64,000 nt of DNA from assembly GCF_018977255.1 (NCBI RefSeq), contig NW_024704766.1, positions 5,580,001 to 5,644,000 of the forward strand. Reading direction: 5' to 3'. The DNA is from Callorhinchus milii (taxonomy: Eukaryota). A program made the position numbers and the translations under genes. This document shows, piece after piece, positions 1-14,090 of this stretch (within the stretch, counting starts at the first letter, position 1; every line of letters starts with the position of its first letter). The notes beneath the pieces were generated by a model that was not told where the DNA came from, made no database searches, and was given only the letters and a program-made list of their open reading frames with translations.

Positions 1-445
1 TGCAACATTTCATTTCATTCCAAGTCCAAATTTATGGCTCATGTCAGTCATTTGTTTCATGGCTGTTTGTGGGACGCTGTTGTGTGCAATTGGAGAGCCG
101 CGTTCGTCAACAGATGCACAGTCACTACACTGCACGGTAAATCCCGTGAAGCGTTTCGGGCTTTCCTCACAATGTGAAAGATGTTATACCAAACGCAAGA
201 ATTATTATTTATTATTATTATGCTCTTTCCGCAACCCCCCTCCCCCCCCCCCCCGCCCAAAATAAAATCCACCAGACATCTTCCCGCTGTCCCCCACTTC
301 CAATCTTCTCTCAGCCGCAGTACCTACCGGCAAGAACTGAGGATGTTTCATCAACCTGTGATCAAAGATGAAATAATAACTAAACATTCCGAACAAAATA
401 TAGATGACGGAAGCTCCCAGGTTAGTGACGATGAGGAGGCTGATT
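1..445. repeat. Segmental duplicate, copy 1 (matches 14091-14534)
   Basis: Base-by-base identity except for a 1-nt poly-C length difference; covers intron and exon sequence. Confidence 0.95.
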
Positions 446-537
446 ATCTGGCGCAAGGCACCATCCTCTGGCCAGGAGGTGGGGTACACGAATGGGGTGA
501 AGACATAGTGGTCGGCATAATTCAGTACGATATCCAT
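328..537 (-). CDS. sc5d: Lathosterol oxidase (sterol C5-desaturase), copy A, first coding exon; the gene continues off the left edge
   Basis: MDIVLNYADHYVFTPFVYPTSWPED...FDHRLMKHPQFLP is the SC5D N-terminus. Acceptor ataacag| precedes 545 and donor |gtaggt follows 328; 210 coding nt, phase 0. Confidence 0.95.
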
Positions 538-1514
538 CTCATACCCTGTTATAACAGAAGAAGGTAAAGCGGCAGTTCAGATTTGTGTATTAAGCCGCCA
601 TCAAACACATTAATTTAGTCACCCACTTGTGGCCTCTCTTTTGCACTGAGCTTGATCTGTTCAAATAGACATTAACAGCAGGTAGCTGCGTGTGACTACG
701 CAACAGTGATCTAATGGAACAGCTCACGTAACATTGCAAAGCAAAAGCAAACCTTATCCCTTTCGTAACCACCGAATTACAAGCCACTGCATGTCCTGGT
801 ACCTCCATACCTACTCGCACCCCATTCCACTCACTACCCAACGCCTACCCTCAGCTGACTCTGGCCTCCTGCACGTCCCTCATGCCCTCAGCTCCACTAT
901 CGTCGGCCGCGTATTCAGCCACTCTGCCGCGAAATTATGAAATTCTCCATCCATCCTCATAACAATCCTCCATCGTGTCTCCTCCGTCCCCGTCTTCAGA
1001 TCATATCCGGAGACCTTTCTCTTGGTCCGTGCCTCCAGTCACCCCCGCCCTCTCCCCAGGTAGGCGTCAGGCTCCGCCACTGTTAATTGCCTGAGATGAG
1101 ACGCGCATGAAGGGTGTATGTAAAAGTTGTTGTCATTCCCCTGGTATTTACAATGGAACTTTCATCTCTTCCAGACTGGACCGGACTCCCCATCTCATCC
1201 TGACACAAGCAAGTTGATGCAAGTTTGGGCGCCTTGGGACGTCCTCCCGACGTGAAAGGCGCTCTATAAATGGAATCTTGTTGTTGTTGTTTTGATTGCC
1301 TGATGCATTTGCCCACGTAACAGTTACTACACTTCACAGTGTACCCAGTGAAGCGCTTCTAGACGTCCTGCTGACGTGAAAGGCGTTGTATCAAAGGAAG
1401 GATTGTTATTATTATGGACCTGACAGTAGCACTCCGTGGGAACCCCTAATAGTCACCACAACTTGCATTTATATAGTACCCTTCACAGGTGGTTGCAACT
1501 CGGAGCGCTTAACA

Positions 1515-2003
1515 TACACAGTCACTACACCTGACACACAGACAATCACTACGCTCGACAGACAGTCACTACATCTGACTGACAGACAGTCTCTACACCG
1601 GACAGATAGACAGATAAACAGTCAGTACACCTGACTGACTGACAGTCACTATATCTGACAGTCACTATATCAAACTGACAGGCAGTCACTAGACCTGACA
1701 GACTAACAGAGCCAGTCACAACACCTGACTGACTGACAGACAGTCACTACACCCGACAGACAGACAGATAGACAGACAGTCACTACATCTGACTGACAGA
1801 CAAACAATCACTACACCTGACAGACTGACAGACAGTCACTACACCTGACTGCCAGACAGCAAACAGACAGACAGTCAGTCACTATACCTGACTGCCAGAC
1901 AGTCACTACACCTGACAGACAGCACACAGTCACTACACCTGACCGACCGACAGACTACCAGACACTCTCTACACCTGACAGACAGACAGTCACTACACCT
2001 GAC
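1515..2003. repeat. Minisatellite cagtcactacacctga(caga)n in sc5d intron 1
   Basis: Many degenerate tandem copies are visible directly. Confidence 0.9.
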
Positions 2004-2035
2004 GGCCCCGCGCTCTGGGCCTCCTCAGAGCTCAC

Positions 2036-2130
2036 CTCCCGGAGGCGCCTCAGCTCCTAACGACTCCCCTCGCGTCGCCTCTCTCTCTCTCTCCCTCCCT
2101 CCCTCCCGCGAGGAAGCGCCGCCGCGCCGG
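2036..2130 (-). other. sc5d: Probable non-coding exon 1 of sc5d copy A
   Basis: Donor GAG|gtgag at 2035-2031 on the edge of a CpG island, just downstream of the CCAAT cluster. The 5' end is approximate. Confidence 0.6.
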
Positions 2131-2545
2131 TTACTAAGGGGACGGACACCTCCTCCCAACCGCCACCGACGCCGCGGGCCCTCAGCCCAACTGCCAATCA
2201 CCCGCCACCCCGCCAATCCCCTTCGCGCTCTCCCGCCCCGCACCCAATCACGAGCGCGGATTCCGCGTGACGCGAAGATTAGGGCGGGCCTGTTGCCAAA
2301 CAGCCAATCCGAGCCGGCGAAGGGAGGGGGGGGCGGGGGCTGGCACGCTGCGCTGTGATTGGTCAGAACCGCGTTCCGCCAGGTCACCTGCTCTGCGCTG
2401 ATTGGCTGCCAGCTGTAGCCTGACGCTCACGTCACATCACATCAGTGCACAGCGATGGAAATTTCCAATGCACGTCACGCACTGGTGGATTTAAAGGGGC
2501 AGTCCATGTGGGGGAGGGGGGCAAAGGTCACACCCCAACAACAAC
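2130..2545 (-). promoter_or_regulatory. sc5d CpG-island promoter with NF-Y, Sp1 and SRE-like sites
   Basis: CCAAT/ATTGG at 2194, 2213, 2244, 2304, 2358 and 2401; several GC boxes; SRE-like ATCACCCGCCAC (2197), TCACGTCAC (2427) and GTCACACCCCAAC (2527). This arrangement is typical of SREBP-regulated sterol genes. Confidence 0.75.
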
Positions 2546-5500
2546 AACAACAACAACTTGAATTATTATCGCCCCCCCCCACCACTCACGCAAGGTGGAG
2601 TCCCAGATCGCCAGAGGCTCCAGCGCGGACGGGAGAACCGAACCATATGGTTAACAACATGACCTGCGCGGGAGAATAATTATACAATAATAATATATAA
2701 TAATAATAATAATAATAAATCCTTGCAGTTGATATCACGTCGTTGATACGACTCAAAAGGGCTTCGCAGAATACACTGTACAGTTAACTGACTGGGTATT
2801 TGGTGAGCGAAACGCGGCGGCCAATTGCCGACGGCAGTCGTGGAACGAGTGACCAAATTATTATAATCAATAATTGGAGCCGAGTTACAGGTCACAGTGT
2901 TCCCAAAAGGAGGTGAAAGGCGTTACAAATCCAGGGCCATCCATCTATTCATGTGTGAGCCTCGAGAGGCTATTTGAAGAGATCCCAAGCCTGATAGGAA
3001 CAGGTGGAGAACATTCAGCCCCTAACCGGTGGGGGACGCGCGGGGGAGGGGGTGTGGGGAGAGGGAAGGGGCTCTGGATAGCGGACAGGGTTGGGAACCC
3101 TATCTGTTTGTTCTCACCCTCCTCCAGGGACAATAAGCATAGCCATCCTAATGCCAGAGCTCAGGTGGGGGAGGGAGACAAATAAATTGGCTGCAAGCTC
3201 ATTTGCCAATGTTGGGGGATTCCGGAGGTGGGGGCATGAAGCAGGCCTGAGGGTAGCAGAACAGGGGAAATGGGAGGAGGCGCGCATAGCTTCAGGAAGT
3301 CATAAAGGTCTGATAGATACATCACTGACTGTGTCAACAGAGAATAAAGTGTGGCATGGCGCAAACTGGGAGTGACGATTGCAGCCTTTGTGTTCGTTTT
3401 GGGGGTCGCTGTCTTGGCTCAGACAGACCCCAAACGTGACCCCACCCGCCATCGGCCACTGCCTCCGGGGAGGAACAGGAATTGAAGTGGAAAAAAACTG
3501 CCTGAAAGGGTGGTGGAAACAGATTCAATACTAACTTTCATACGGGATTGGATATGTAATAATAATAATCCTTGCATTTGATATAGCGCTTTTCACGTGG
3601 AGAGGACGTTCCAAAGCGCTTCACAGAACACACTGTAAAGTGAATTGACTGTATATTTGTGGGCAAACGCGGCAGCCAATTGCGCACAGCAGCGTCCCAC
3701 AAACACTCGTGGATTGAAGCGACCAATTTATTTATTTTTTTCTTAAGGGATTATTATCAGGCGTATGATTTTATATAAATAGGGACAAGGTAGGGTAAAC
3801 GCTGAGTGGATTTCTGCAGACGCATCTTCCATTCGCTCAGCAAGAGAGCGACAAGGCCAATGAGAACATTAAATAACGTTACAAAAACAGCCTTTAAGGT
3901 TTGTTGTGGTTACCGAGTCTGTTGAGCGGAGCTAATTCAGACCCTCGTGCACCAAGCGAGAGCCAACTGAGTCATATTGATGTGGTTTGAATCTTGACCA
4001 GACCGAACGGAGCTTTGCTCAGGAGAAATGAAGTGAAAACAGAACATAAAAATCTAAAACTGCATCGACTTGCACAGTTCAAACGGGAAAAAAACTCCAG
4101 AATGTATTGAACGCTATTGTCACAAGGAACCTGGTTGTTAATCGATTGGCGGATCACCTTTCCGGGGGTAATAATCCCTTCAAAAAAATAAGAATAATTT
4201 GGTAACTCAATCCACGACTGTTTGTGGGGACACTGCGGTATGCAATTGGCTGTTGCGTTTCGGCCACAAAATACACAATCAATTTGCTTTACACTATATT
4301 CTGTGAATGCGCTATATCAGTTGCAAAAGGAACTGGATAACTATTTTGAAGAGCGAGAAAGAACATTCGGAAATAAATAATTACTAAAGAATTGGGACTG
4401 GAGTAGAACCATAAAGATTTACAGCACAGAAGAAAACCATTCGGCCCATCGTGTTTGCGCTGACTCTTTTAAGAGCTATCCTTTCAGTCCCACTTATCTT
4501 CCCTTTTCTTATACCCATGTAGTTGACTCCTTTTAGATTTTTACCTGGTTCCCTTCAATAAGGGAACTCAATCCACGACTGTTTGTGGGACACTGCTGTC
4601 ACAATTGGCTGTTGCATTTCGCCCACAAAATATCCTGTGAACCCCTTTGAGACATCTCAACGACATGACAAGGCGCTATATCAGATGCAAGGATTATTAT
4701 TTTTTCTTCTTATTAAGATGCAGCAACTTAGTATTATGACAAAATAAAACACTTAATTTGTCAGTCTGGACCTTGTGATTTGAATAAAACCGCACCTGGG
4801 GAAGCAAACCAGGAATAAAAATGAAAGTCGTGGGAATGCTGAGAGCTTGAGAGGTCAAATCGCCTTTAGTTTTAAGACAAAATATAGATGGTGCGGCTTT
4901 AAACGAAAATAACGCTGAGCTAGGATTAATCTACTCCACTTGTGTTCTCCCCCCCCCATCCCCCCTTCCCCTGCAATCTGTTTTACAAGCTCAGTCAGTC
5001 CCACTTTTGCCCAGCAACGGTATTGGCACAGACCCAACTTAGTGTCAGACAGAAATAATGGTTCCCTCTGTGCTGGTTTGGCGTGCAGTATAAATAACTG
5101 TCTCGCTGCTCGCATTCGAGATGAATATCTCAAATGGGTTTCGTTGCATGGTGAGGCGCTGGGTTTGAGCAGATTACTTGATTCTTCATTACAGTGCTGT
5201 TGGGTTCTATTTGAAAGGAGCCAATTTTGTGTTTTATTAAAGCAGGCGGAGAAGGAGGGAGGGAAGGAGAGGGAGAGAGAGAGAGAGAAAGGAAGGTGGG
5301 GAGGGGGGAGGCATTTAGAGAGTGAGAGACAGAAAAAAAAGCCTGTGGCTAAACCAGGCGCAGAGGTCCCAGGTGAAAGGTTGCAGAGTTCAATCCTCTT
5401 ACAAAGGCAACTCTCTAAAATCTTGCAGGACCCAAAGGGAGCGAGGAGAAGGAGCTGAGACCCAGACAGGGCTGTGTGTTAGCTAGCCGTGTGTATCTCC

Positions 5501-8414
5501 CCTTTGTAGAAAGGTACATATGTGGGATAATCGATAGGTCAGAGTGCTCTGCAAACCAGCAGGGCTTTCTGCCTTGGCATCGCATCTCCCCAAAAGCTTA
5601 TTGGGATTACCCCCGCCCACACCAGCCCCCACCCGTCCCCACCTCGCTCCGACATTTCTTTGAAACACGCTCCCTTAAAGCGTTAATAAATCAGAATATA
5701 TAGCCACCGTTATTAGAAAGCCTTAGAGCTGAGAGCTAAGACTCCCAGATGTGAAACAAAGGGTTGTTTAAAACGTACACACGCACGATCACAGCACCAC
5801 AGTGCCAAGCCGCAGTGAAGTTGGGTTTTATTCGATGGTTTTGATACCGAGAAATACCTCAGTGTGTGTCTGTGCGCTAGGATTTTTTTTGCTGCACAGT
5901 TCAATTTTTAAAAAATGTCTGTGAGCAAGAGGCCACCTAAGGCTGCTTGCCTGGCCCTCCAGCAATGAGCAAATATTTACAGAGCCAACGTCCTGATTAT
6001 GGGAAAACAGCCACATCTCGTGGCCTCAATGGGTAAAGTCAGGCAGTGCAAATCAAGAGGTAACAAATCTTCCATTAAAGCCCCCTCGTGGCTCTGTGTG
6101 GGATATAAGAACATAAGCATTTGCTGGCGAAAGAAGACCACGGTGCATCTAATTCACCTTTCACCATCCTGGCTTGACGTGCCGTGTCCCAAACTATGCA
6201 CTGTATCCTGGACTATGTTTCGGTGGCATCATCATCATTATAATAATCCCAGCATTCGATATAACAGCAACAAATTACATTAGGAGAACATCCCAAGGCG
6301 CTGGACAGTCAGGAATTTGCACCCAAGCTGAGGCTTGTAATCAGGAGAGGTGGAGAGCAAGGAGGTTAGGGGTTGGAGGGTGATTGAAGGCGCGGTCGAA
6401 GAGGAGGATCTTGAGACTTGCCGTGAAGGAGGCAAGGGAGGGGGTGAGGCGAAGGGTCTGTAGGATGCAATTTCAAAGGGTGGGGGCAAAAAGGCTGAAG
6501 GCTTGACCGCCGATGGTAGGCGCACCTCCAGCCTGGCCCACAACCTCCTAACCAGAGAGCGAGAGTGCTGCACTGAGCCGACATTTGGTCTTTGGCTAGA
6601 GTTCAAACAGCGAGCGCACGAGGAAAACCTCCTTTCTCTTTCAGACCACGTGCGGTTTTTAAAAAAGGTTTCCTAAAAAAAGTCTCACGCTCGATTCACA
6701 AAAAAAAGCAAATGGTGCACTCAGGGTTAATTAGCAGACAGCACCGAGGACACAGCCTGAAACACCGGTACAATTTGCAGCTGTGGCAAATGATTGGCAG
6801 GTGCGTCAACAGACTGCTCTCATTCTCTGCAGGCAGGCAGCGGGGAAGGGTTTTGAGAGCTGTGCCACCCGTTCACTGACGGCAGCCATTTTGTGTGCAC
6901 TGATCTGCAACTGGGATGCCCGCCCGGTTGTACTGTGCATGTAACGACAGGTTTTAGATTTTCATTCGGAAGCTCACACAGCGCATTGATCTTGAAAAAA
7001 CAAAAACAAAAATGAATTCACCGCCGTCCTTTTTTTCCTTCTGTTCCTCCCGTCTGTTTGCTTAAGTTGAATTCCTACGCGAGGCAATGTTTTATATCGC
7101 TGTCAGCTTGGTGTCCTTCTTGGCTCAGGCCAAGCGCTCCCGCTACTGCGTTAGAGGGTTGTTGGGAGGGTACACAGTGGGGGGTGGGGTGGAAGAGGTC
7201 TAGCCACATGTCAAGACTTGAGCTCACAATCCAGGCCGACACTCCCTGTCCAGATGACGGCGGGAATCCAAGGTCTGTCTGTCTATCCTCTGGTGGACAT
7301 TAAAGATTAATGATTGCATTCGCAAAGCCATTCTCTCGGGGGTCCTGACCAGCAATCCTCCAGGTAAATTTGTCATTCACATGAGTGATGGTGGAGGAGG
7401 AGAGAGCTGTTGTTACATGGCTAGTGTGTCAGCCTGTTGTGCCATTTGCATCTAAGAAACCATTGCACAAAATAATCATAGGATCATAGAATCTTACCGC
7501 ACAGAAGGAGGCCATTCGGCCGATCGTGCCTATGCCGGCTCTTTGAAAGAGTTACCTACCAGTCCCACTCGCCCGCTCTGACAGAACCCTTGATAAGGTG
7601 AAGAGGCACTTTGCAGATTAAGATCAGTTTCCACCTAAAATAATGGGAACAATACATCCAGCGGAAGAACATGTGGGAAACATGCAAGAGGATATCAGAA
7701 CTGTTGATTTTTATGAAGTAGTTTCCATTTTACCCCCCCTGTGGAACAGCTCTCTCGAATCCTCAGACAACACAAGAACACAAGTACTCTTGTCAGTCTC
7801 TCAAAAATGTTATTTCCCAGCAAAGCTTCGCTGTACAATATTGGGCAAGTTCAGCATTCAACTTGCAAATTAATTTCAGTTTGTGTGTCTTTTCTCCCTC
7901 TACAGGAAAACTTGAGAGCAACCGTGTTTTGCAAAAAGTGCTCTGTTGTGCCCTGTAAAGATCTGTCTGTCTGTCACTAAGCGGGTACATGGTGGAGGAA
8001 TGAGCGCTTTTGAGAATAGGCCAAATGACACTGGAGTCTAGTTTTGCAAGATTCACAAAAGGATTTGGAAATCGTGAAGCCTCCAGGTAGCTGAGCGAGA
8101 GTCAGACAGACCCTGTGGGGTGCCCCTCAGATGCAGATTTGTTTCTGCCTCCATTGAAAATGGATTTCAGCCCAAAAGAGGCACGCTTCTGGTGACGTGC
8201 CCTCTACCTCGCAGCAAAACAACCCCTCGTGCTCAACATCACTCACCCTCCTCCTCCCACCCTCATCTCAAAACTTTTCATAAACTAACCGCATTTGAGA
8301 AACATTATGTGAGGATATTTTCAGAAATGTGTGTTACACAGGAATAAATAGCTGAGTTACTGGTCAACACCAAATCTTACCCTTTATTTCATCACATTTT
8401 CATTAGGTAAACAT

Positions 8415-8420
8415 TTTATT
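8415..8420 (-). terminator. Candidate polyadenylation signal for the sc5d 3' UTR
   Basis: AATAAA on the minus strand about 1.8 kb past the stop codon, in an AT-rich context. Confidence 0.45.
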
Positions 8421-11400
8421 AAAAAGCAGCACAGTATAGAAGGTAGGATCTCTATCATGCTCACATCTGTAGTCAATCCAATCAACAGTACCATAGACAA
8501 GCCCTAAATTCAATTCCGCAGTCAGGGCCCAAAGGGATCTTAGTTGCTAAAATGAAATTGTATAATCTAGGATTTCAGTGTCCTGTCTGCCACATCAATA
8601 GCCTTAGGATTTGCAAGATTTGCTTTTTAATAATAATAATCCTTGCATTTGATATAGTGCCTTATCACGTCATTGAGATGTCTGAAAGTGCTTCACAGAA
8701 TATATTGTAAAGTGTATTGACTGTATATTTTGTGGCAAAACACGGTACCCAATGAGCACAGCAGTGTCCCACAAACAGTTGTGGATTGAAGGACCACATT
8801 TTTGGGGGAGGGGGCTGAGGGATTACTATTCCCAGAAAGCAACCCGGCAATTGACTAACAACTGGGTTCCCATTTACTGCTAGGTTAACAGAGGCGTATG
8901 GAGTAAAGGAAACTTGTCTAAGATTTTGCCCCGACCGGGAATCGAACCCGGGACCTCTCACTTGCAAGGCGAGCGTGCTAACCACTATACTCCACGGACT
9001 CCACAACTAGGATGAACGTGGTGCTGCCAGTTAAGGGAAGACTGATGAACCACAAGGTCAGGTTTGGCAAAAATAAAACTCTCAACCCCAGCCACTGAAG
9101 GATCCCTACGAAATAACAGTTTCAATTCCTTCATTGGCCAACCGAGAGTGGGCTCTTGTAGTGATTGTTGTTCGATAAGAACTGGGAGCGGTTCCGTGCT
9201 GTGGGTTCTCGCTTGCTCGCCAATCATGGGATAAAAGAACCATCCAAACAGTGCATTTTGAATCATTTCGAGTTACAACCTGGTTTGAAGCCAAGCCCCA
9301 CTGTTCAGCCCCAGTCTGTGACCCAGTGTCCTTCACTATATTTTACTCATGCATTGTGCAATCACAAGTCACTAGATTCATTGAGGCAAGAGGATCATTT
9401 TGTGTGTGTGTGTCTCTCTCTCCACAACTCCCCCACTCATAATCTTGCACATTAGCAGCAATGTTCTAAGAAAAACACATTTATGCATGGTATTAAAGGC
9501 AGCGAACATTGATAGAACAACAACAAAAGATTACTTTTTTGAAGCATTTTTCATGTCATGAGGATGTAAACAGGACAACCTAAGGTACAAATAAAGAAGG
9601 CGGCTTGGACACTGATAAAATAGACAATCAAAAATATTCTGCTCATTAGACATATTGATTACTACTCAGCATACCAGTATTGCATTCGTTATTTTTAAAA
9701 CGTTCTTAAAACACAAAGCACTACCTTTTGACAATCCTATGGCACAGAAAATGCATCCATTAAAAAGTGCTGTTTGAATTTGTCAAAACCACAACAACCA
9801 TTCCCCTCCAACTAACGCAATTCCTAATCTGACACACCATCCACGGTTACATGCTTTAATCAAGAGTACTGAGAATACGATTCAAGTCCACAGCAAGAAT
9901 AAAGTTGTTGACTTTGTAACATGCCGAGTCCCTGACGCTTGGGGCTCTTGCAGATCTTCTGCAATGAATCTGCATGTGATTGTGCATCTGCAAATTCTTT
10001 GCCGAAAATTGCCCTTTCAACAGATCTGCAGAGAGCTGGGTGAACTTAGGCTCCCCAACCTCTCAGGGGAGTGGTAATTTGCTGCTGCTGCTTGTATTGA
10101 TTAGATATCATTGAATTATTAAATATAAGAATGCAGACAGCAGTGGTTTGCCTGGATTATGTATTGTTACAGCGTTTTGTTCAGCGGGTAAAAGACCCCT
10201 CTTTGGAATCAACGAAAGGGAATGATCAGAAATCCCTTGGATTCATTCTTCTTTGGAAGCTTTTCCGTTGGATGTGCTGTCACCAGGGCGGCCACTGCTG
10301 GGAGAGCCGTTCCTCAGTTTGGCTTCTGCTTCCATCTTCCTGAGGTAGTCATGTGGGCCCTTGCCCTCGAACGATGAAGGGTACTTGTAGGAGCCTCCAA
10401 TTCTGTCCCACAGCGTGAAGTACTGCCCGTAATTGTAGTCAAAGAATAGGTGGTGATCGGTGTGGTGGGCTGAGCCATTGATGGAATCTTCGAATAGCTT
10501 TGGGACTCGGTAGTCTCCATCATGGATGGAGATGGTCCAAATATTGACTAAGATATAGAGGCCCAGGTAGACCACTTTGTGCAGTGGGAAGAGGAACGGG
10601 TAGATGTGGTACGGGATGCTCTGCAGAAAGCCGTCCACTGGATGAAAAGCATGACTCGCAAATGGGCTAGCGATCTTCCAAACATGATGGGGCTTGTGGA
10701 AATACTATAGACAATACAAAAAACAATTGGCAATCACCTAAAACTCAATCGTCAAATGGGACCAAAGGACAAGTACATTTCTGAAGCTACTTGAACTACT
10801 TTTTTTAAAACACAAATCACTATAAGTTTCCTGGGTCTCCCGGAAAATCTGAATTGGCTAGCCCAATGATCAATTCATAGAATCATAAATCTTACAGCAC
10901 AGAGGGAAGCCATTCGGCCCATCTTGCCTGTGGCGGCTCTTTGAAAGAATTACCAACTAGCACATAAAACAAATAACTTACATTTTTATAGCACCCCTCA
11001 CGCAGGGCAGTGTCCCAGAGCGCTTGAATTAAGTATTAAAATTCCTGTAACCCCAAATTCATTGTGACCTTATCTTCTTGTCACCGGCCTTAGGTCAAGA
11101 CTATGAGAATTTTTGGCACATGATCCCGCTGTGATGGGGGGGGAAAATACAGGATAACATCAAAGTTGGAAGTCTGGGAGAGAAAAATAACGGCATGTGG
11201 GGTCACTGTCATGGAGATGCCTAAGATGGAGGTTTGATGGAGGGTGTTCACCAGCCCTCCTGGCTACACAACGTGCAGGGCCCAGACCCCACCAAGAGAG
11301 ACAACTCTGTTGTTATTTTGCAACAACATCCACAACCTGCTCTGCTTCAGGCTCATACTACAATATCCAAAGTGCACAGGAAATTAAGGTAATATATGAA

Positions 11401-11937
11401 CAAAAGCAGGAGGGATCAAACTGATGAAACCTGATGATGATAAATGAAACTTGGCTGTTTCTCTCAAGAACAAATCCTTCCTTAGCTTCTCATCTTACTT
11501 CTCTCCTTTTTTGCAAGCTTTTCTCCTGCTCACTTCTAGTATCTCAGAGTATACCCAGACTGATGCAGATGCATTCAAAACAGCGTGAATCAGAACTCAA
11601 CTAAACAAGACATGAGATATCTCAACCACCACTTAAATAAGAGATGGTTCCTCTGACCCAAAAGCTGCTCTATCAATAGTCCACTAGATCGTAGCTCACC
11701 AGGGCAATTGACATGTTCCAGAACTCTTCACTGTGGATACTCAGTACTCAATGTATCTAGCAACTCAATCAAGAAAAGGCCTTTGGCAAAAAGCTTTCCT
11801 CCCTGGGACCAAAATCTGTGACCACTTGGTGGGAAGGTTTCATTGATGACAAATAGTCTGAGCCTTCTCATCACATGTATTGTGTCTAGAGTCATGTGTT
11901 TAGAGCTATGGAGCTATGGAGTCCTGTAGCTCAGTGG

Positions 11938-12320
11938 TTAGAGCATTCGCCTCGCAAGTGAGAGAACCTGGGTTTGATTCTCAGGCAGGGCAAAGGTGGA
12001 GTCCTGTAGCTCAGTGGTTAGAGCACTCGCTTTGCAAGTGTGAGACCTGAGTTCAATTCCAGGCAGGGCGAAACCTTGGGCAAGTTTCCTTACTCCACAT
12101 GCCTAATAATAATCCCTCCAAAAAAAAAAAAACAATAATTAAATTGGTCATTTTCAATCTACGACTGTTTGTGGGACATTGCTGTGCGCAATTGGCTGCC
12201 GCGTTCGCCCACAAATATACAGTCAATTCACTTTACAGTGTGTTCTGTGAAGCGCTTTGGGACGTCCTCCCGACGTGAAAAGCGCTATATCAAATGCAAG
12301 GATTATTATTATTATTAAGG
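11938..12320 (+). mobile_element. tRNA-derived Deu-domain SINE with a duplicated head
   Basis: Two successive ggagtcctgtagctcagtggttagagca heads (A/B boxes), then the body gtgggacattgctgtgcgcaattggctgccgcgtt and a (TTA)n tail. Confidence 0.9.
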
Positions 12321-14090
12321 TAAGTTTCCTAACACCACATGCCTCTGTTCACCTAGTGGTAACTAGGAACCCGTTTGTTAGTCGATTGACGGATTGCTTT
12401 TCCGGGGGTAATAATCCCTTCAAAAACAAATCAATAATAATAATTTGGTCACTCAATGCATGATTGTTTGTGGGACACTGCTGTGCGCAATTGGGTACTG
12501 TGTTTCACCAACAAAATATACAGTGAATTCACTTTACAGTATACTCTGTGAAGCGCTTTGAGACGTCTAAAATGTGATAAGGCGCCATATGAAATGCAAG
12601 GATTATTATTATTATAGTTATTTATATAAGGAACAGCACTTTTACAAAATAAACTCTGACAACTTATAAAATCAATCCAGAGCCTTTCCCAGCTACACTC
12701 CATAAATACACAGCTGTTTAAAGCGATGCACTTCTTACCTTGTAGATGAGTTTGTGGTGAAGGAATCGATGGATCCAGTAGATGCACATGTCGGTAAAGA
12801 AGAGGAAGGAGACCATGCTTAAAATCACCCCAAACCAGCCTGACAGAAGACAAGACAGAAGATTTGGATGAAACCAGGGCAGGATAAACAGCCTGGGTTG
12901 ACAGTTGCACAGGTTTTTGGATGTCTGCTGGGTGCAGCGCTCAGCCAGCGAAAAAGAACTTACATTTTGATAAGTTACATTTTGCAACTGAAAACAACAA
13001 CAACTTCATTCAGTGCTCTTCACACGGGGCAGCATCTCGGAGCACTTAATCACCAAACTCACCAAAAGGAGAATCCTCAATATGGTCGTAGAGCTTGCTG
13101 TATCCGCGGACCTCAGCAAAAAACAGTGCGACGGTTGGAATGCTTATCCATGGCATGGAATGCATGGCACAATGTATCTCACGTCGCACTTGGTTCTACA
13201 GTGAGGAGGGGAAAAGAGAAGGAAAGGGACACTTTACTGCATTTCCTCAAATGATCAAAGAATCTTACAGCACAGAAGGAGGCCATTCAACCCATCATGC
13301 CTGTGCGGCTCTTTGAAAGAGCTACCAACTAGTCCTATTCCTCCGTTCTTTTCCCATAGACCTGCAGATTTTTCTTTTTTAAGTACCGATCCACATATCC
13401 AATTAGTTGCAATTTCTTTTTAAGTAACTTGATTTTCCCCCTCCTTCCAATAAATAACTTAAGGGTGTTGATGAAAGTAAATGTCCAAGGAGGTTTTAAA
13501 TCAGGTTTTGAAGCTAGGGGAGAAGGAGCAAGGTAAAGAGATAGTGGAAAGGAGTTGCAGAGAGCAGTATGTGAAGGTTTGGCAACCCATGGTGGGAATG
13601 ATTAACGAGCAGCACAGTACAGGAGACGTCAAATCTTTTTAAGTAAATAAAGATGCTGCTAAGGTTACAGTTAAAATCGGAAATGGGAAGATTTGATTTT
13701 GTGAGGCACAATGTACGCAGTGTTTACAAGGAAAATAGAGAGAGGATAGATAATGTGTTAAAAGGAAGGTTCAGTCACACCGTCTACCCTGCTTCCACCT
13801 GAAAGATATGACCTGTAATTAATCCCATTAATAATGGGAATTGTGAAAATAACACTAACAGCCTGTGACGGTATCCATGACTTTCCAACAATACATCAGC
13901 TATAAAGATTCTCCTTCTCTCAACACAGAGGAAGTACTGTTGAAACAATGTGCTGATCGAGCCGGTGCTGGTGCTTGTTCCCGTGCTGGAGCCAAAACTC
14001 TTAATCTCATTGCCCTGTTCTCCCACCATTCTTGTGTACAAAGGCTATTTGTCTAATTGTGCAATGGGACGTGACTTCCATAGCCACTGT

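Noticed and set aside
11419-11455. CTGATGA...GAAAC hammerhead-like core (also near 9042 and 42727)
   Set aside because: The required flanking stems could not be formed by eye.
11938-12070. tRNA-Ala-like sequences (also at 26494, 38143, 59605 and elsewhere)
   Set aside because: They are SINE heads: each continues into the SINE body and lacks a proper acceptor stem.
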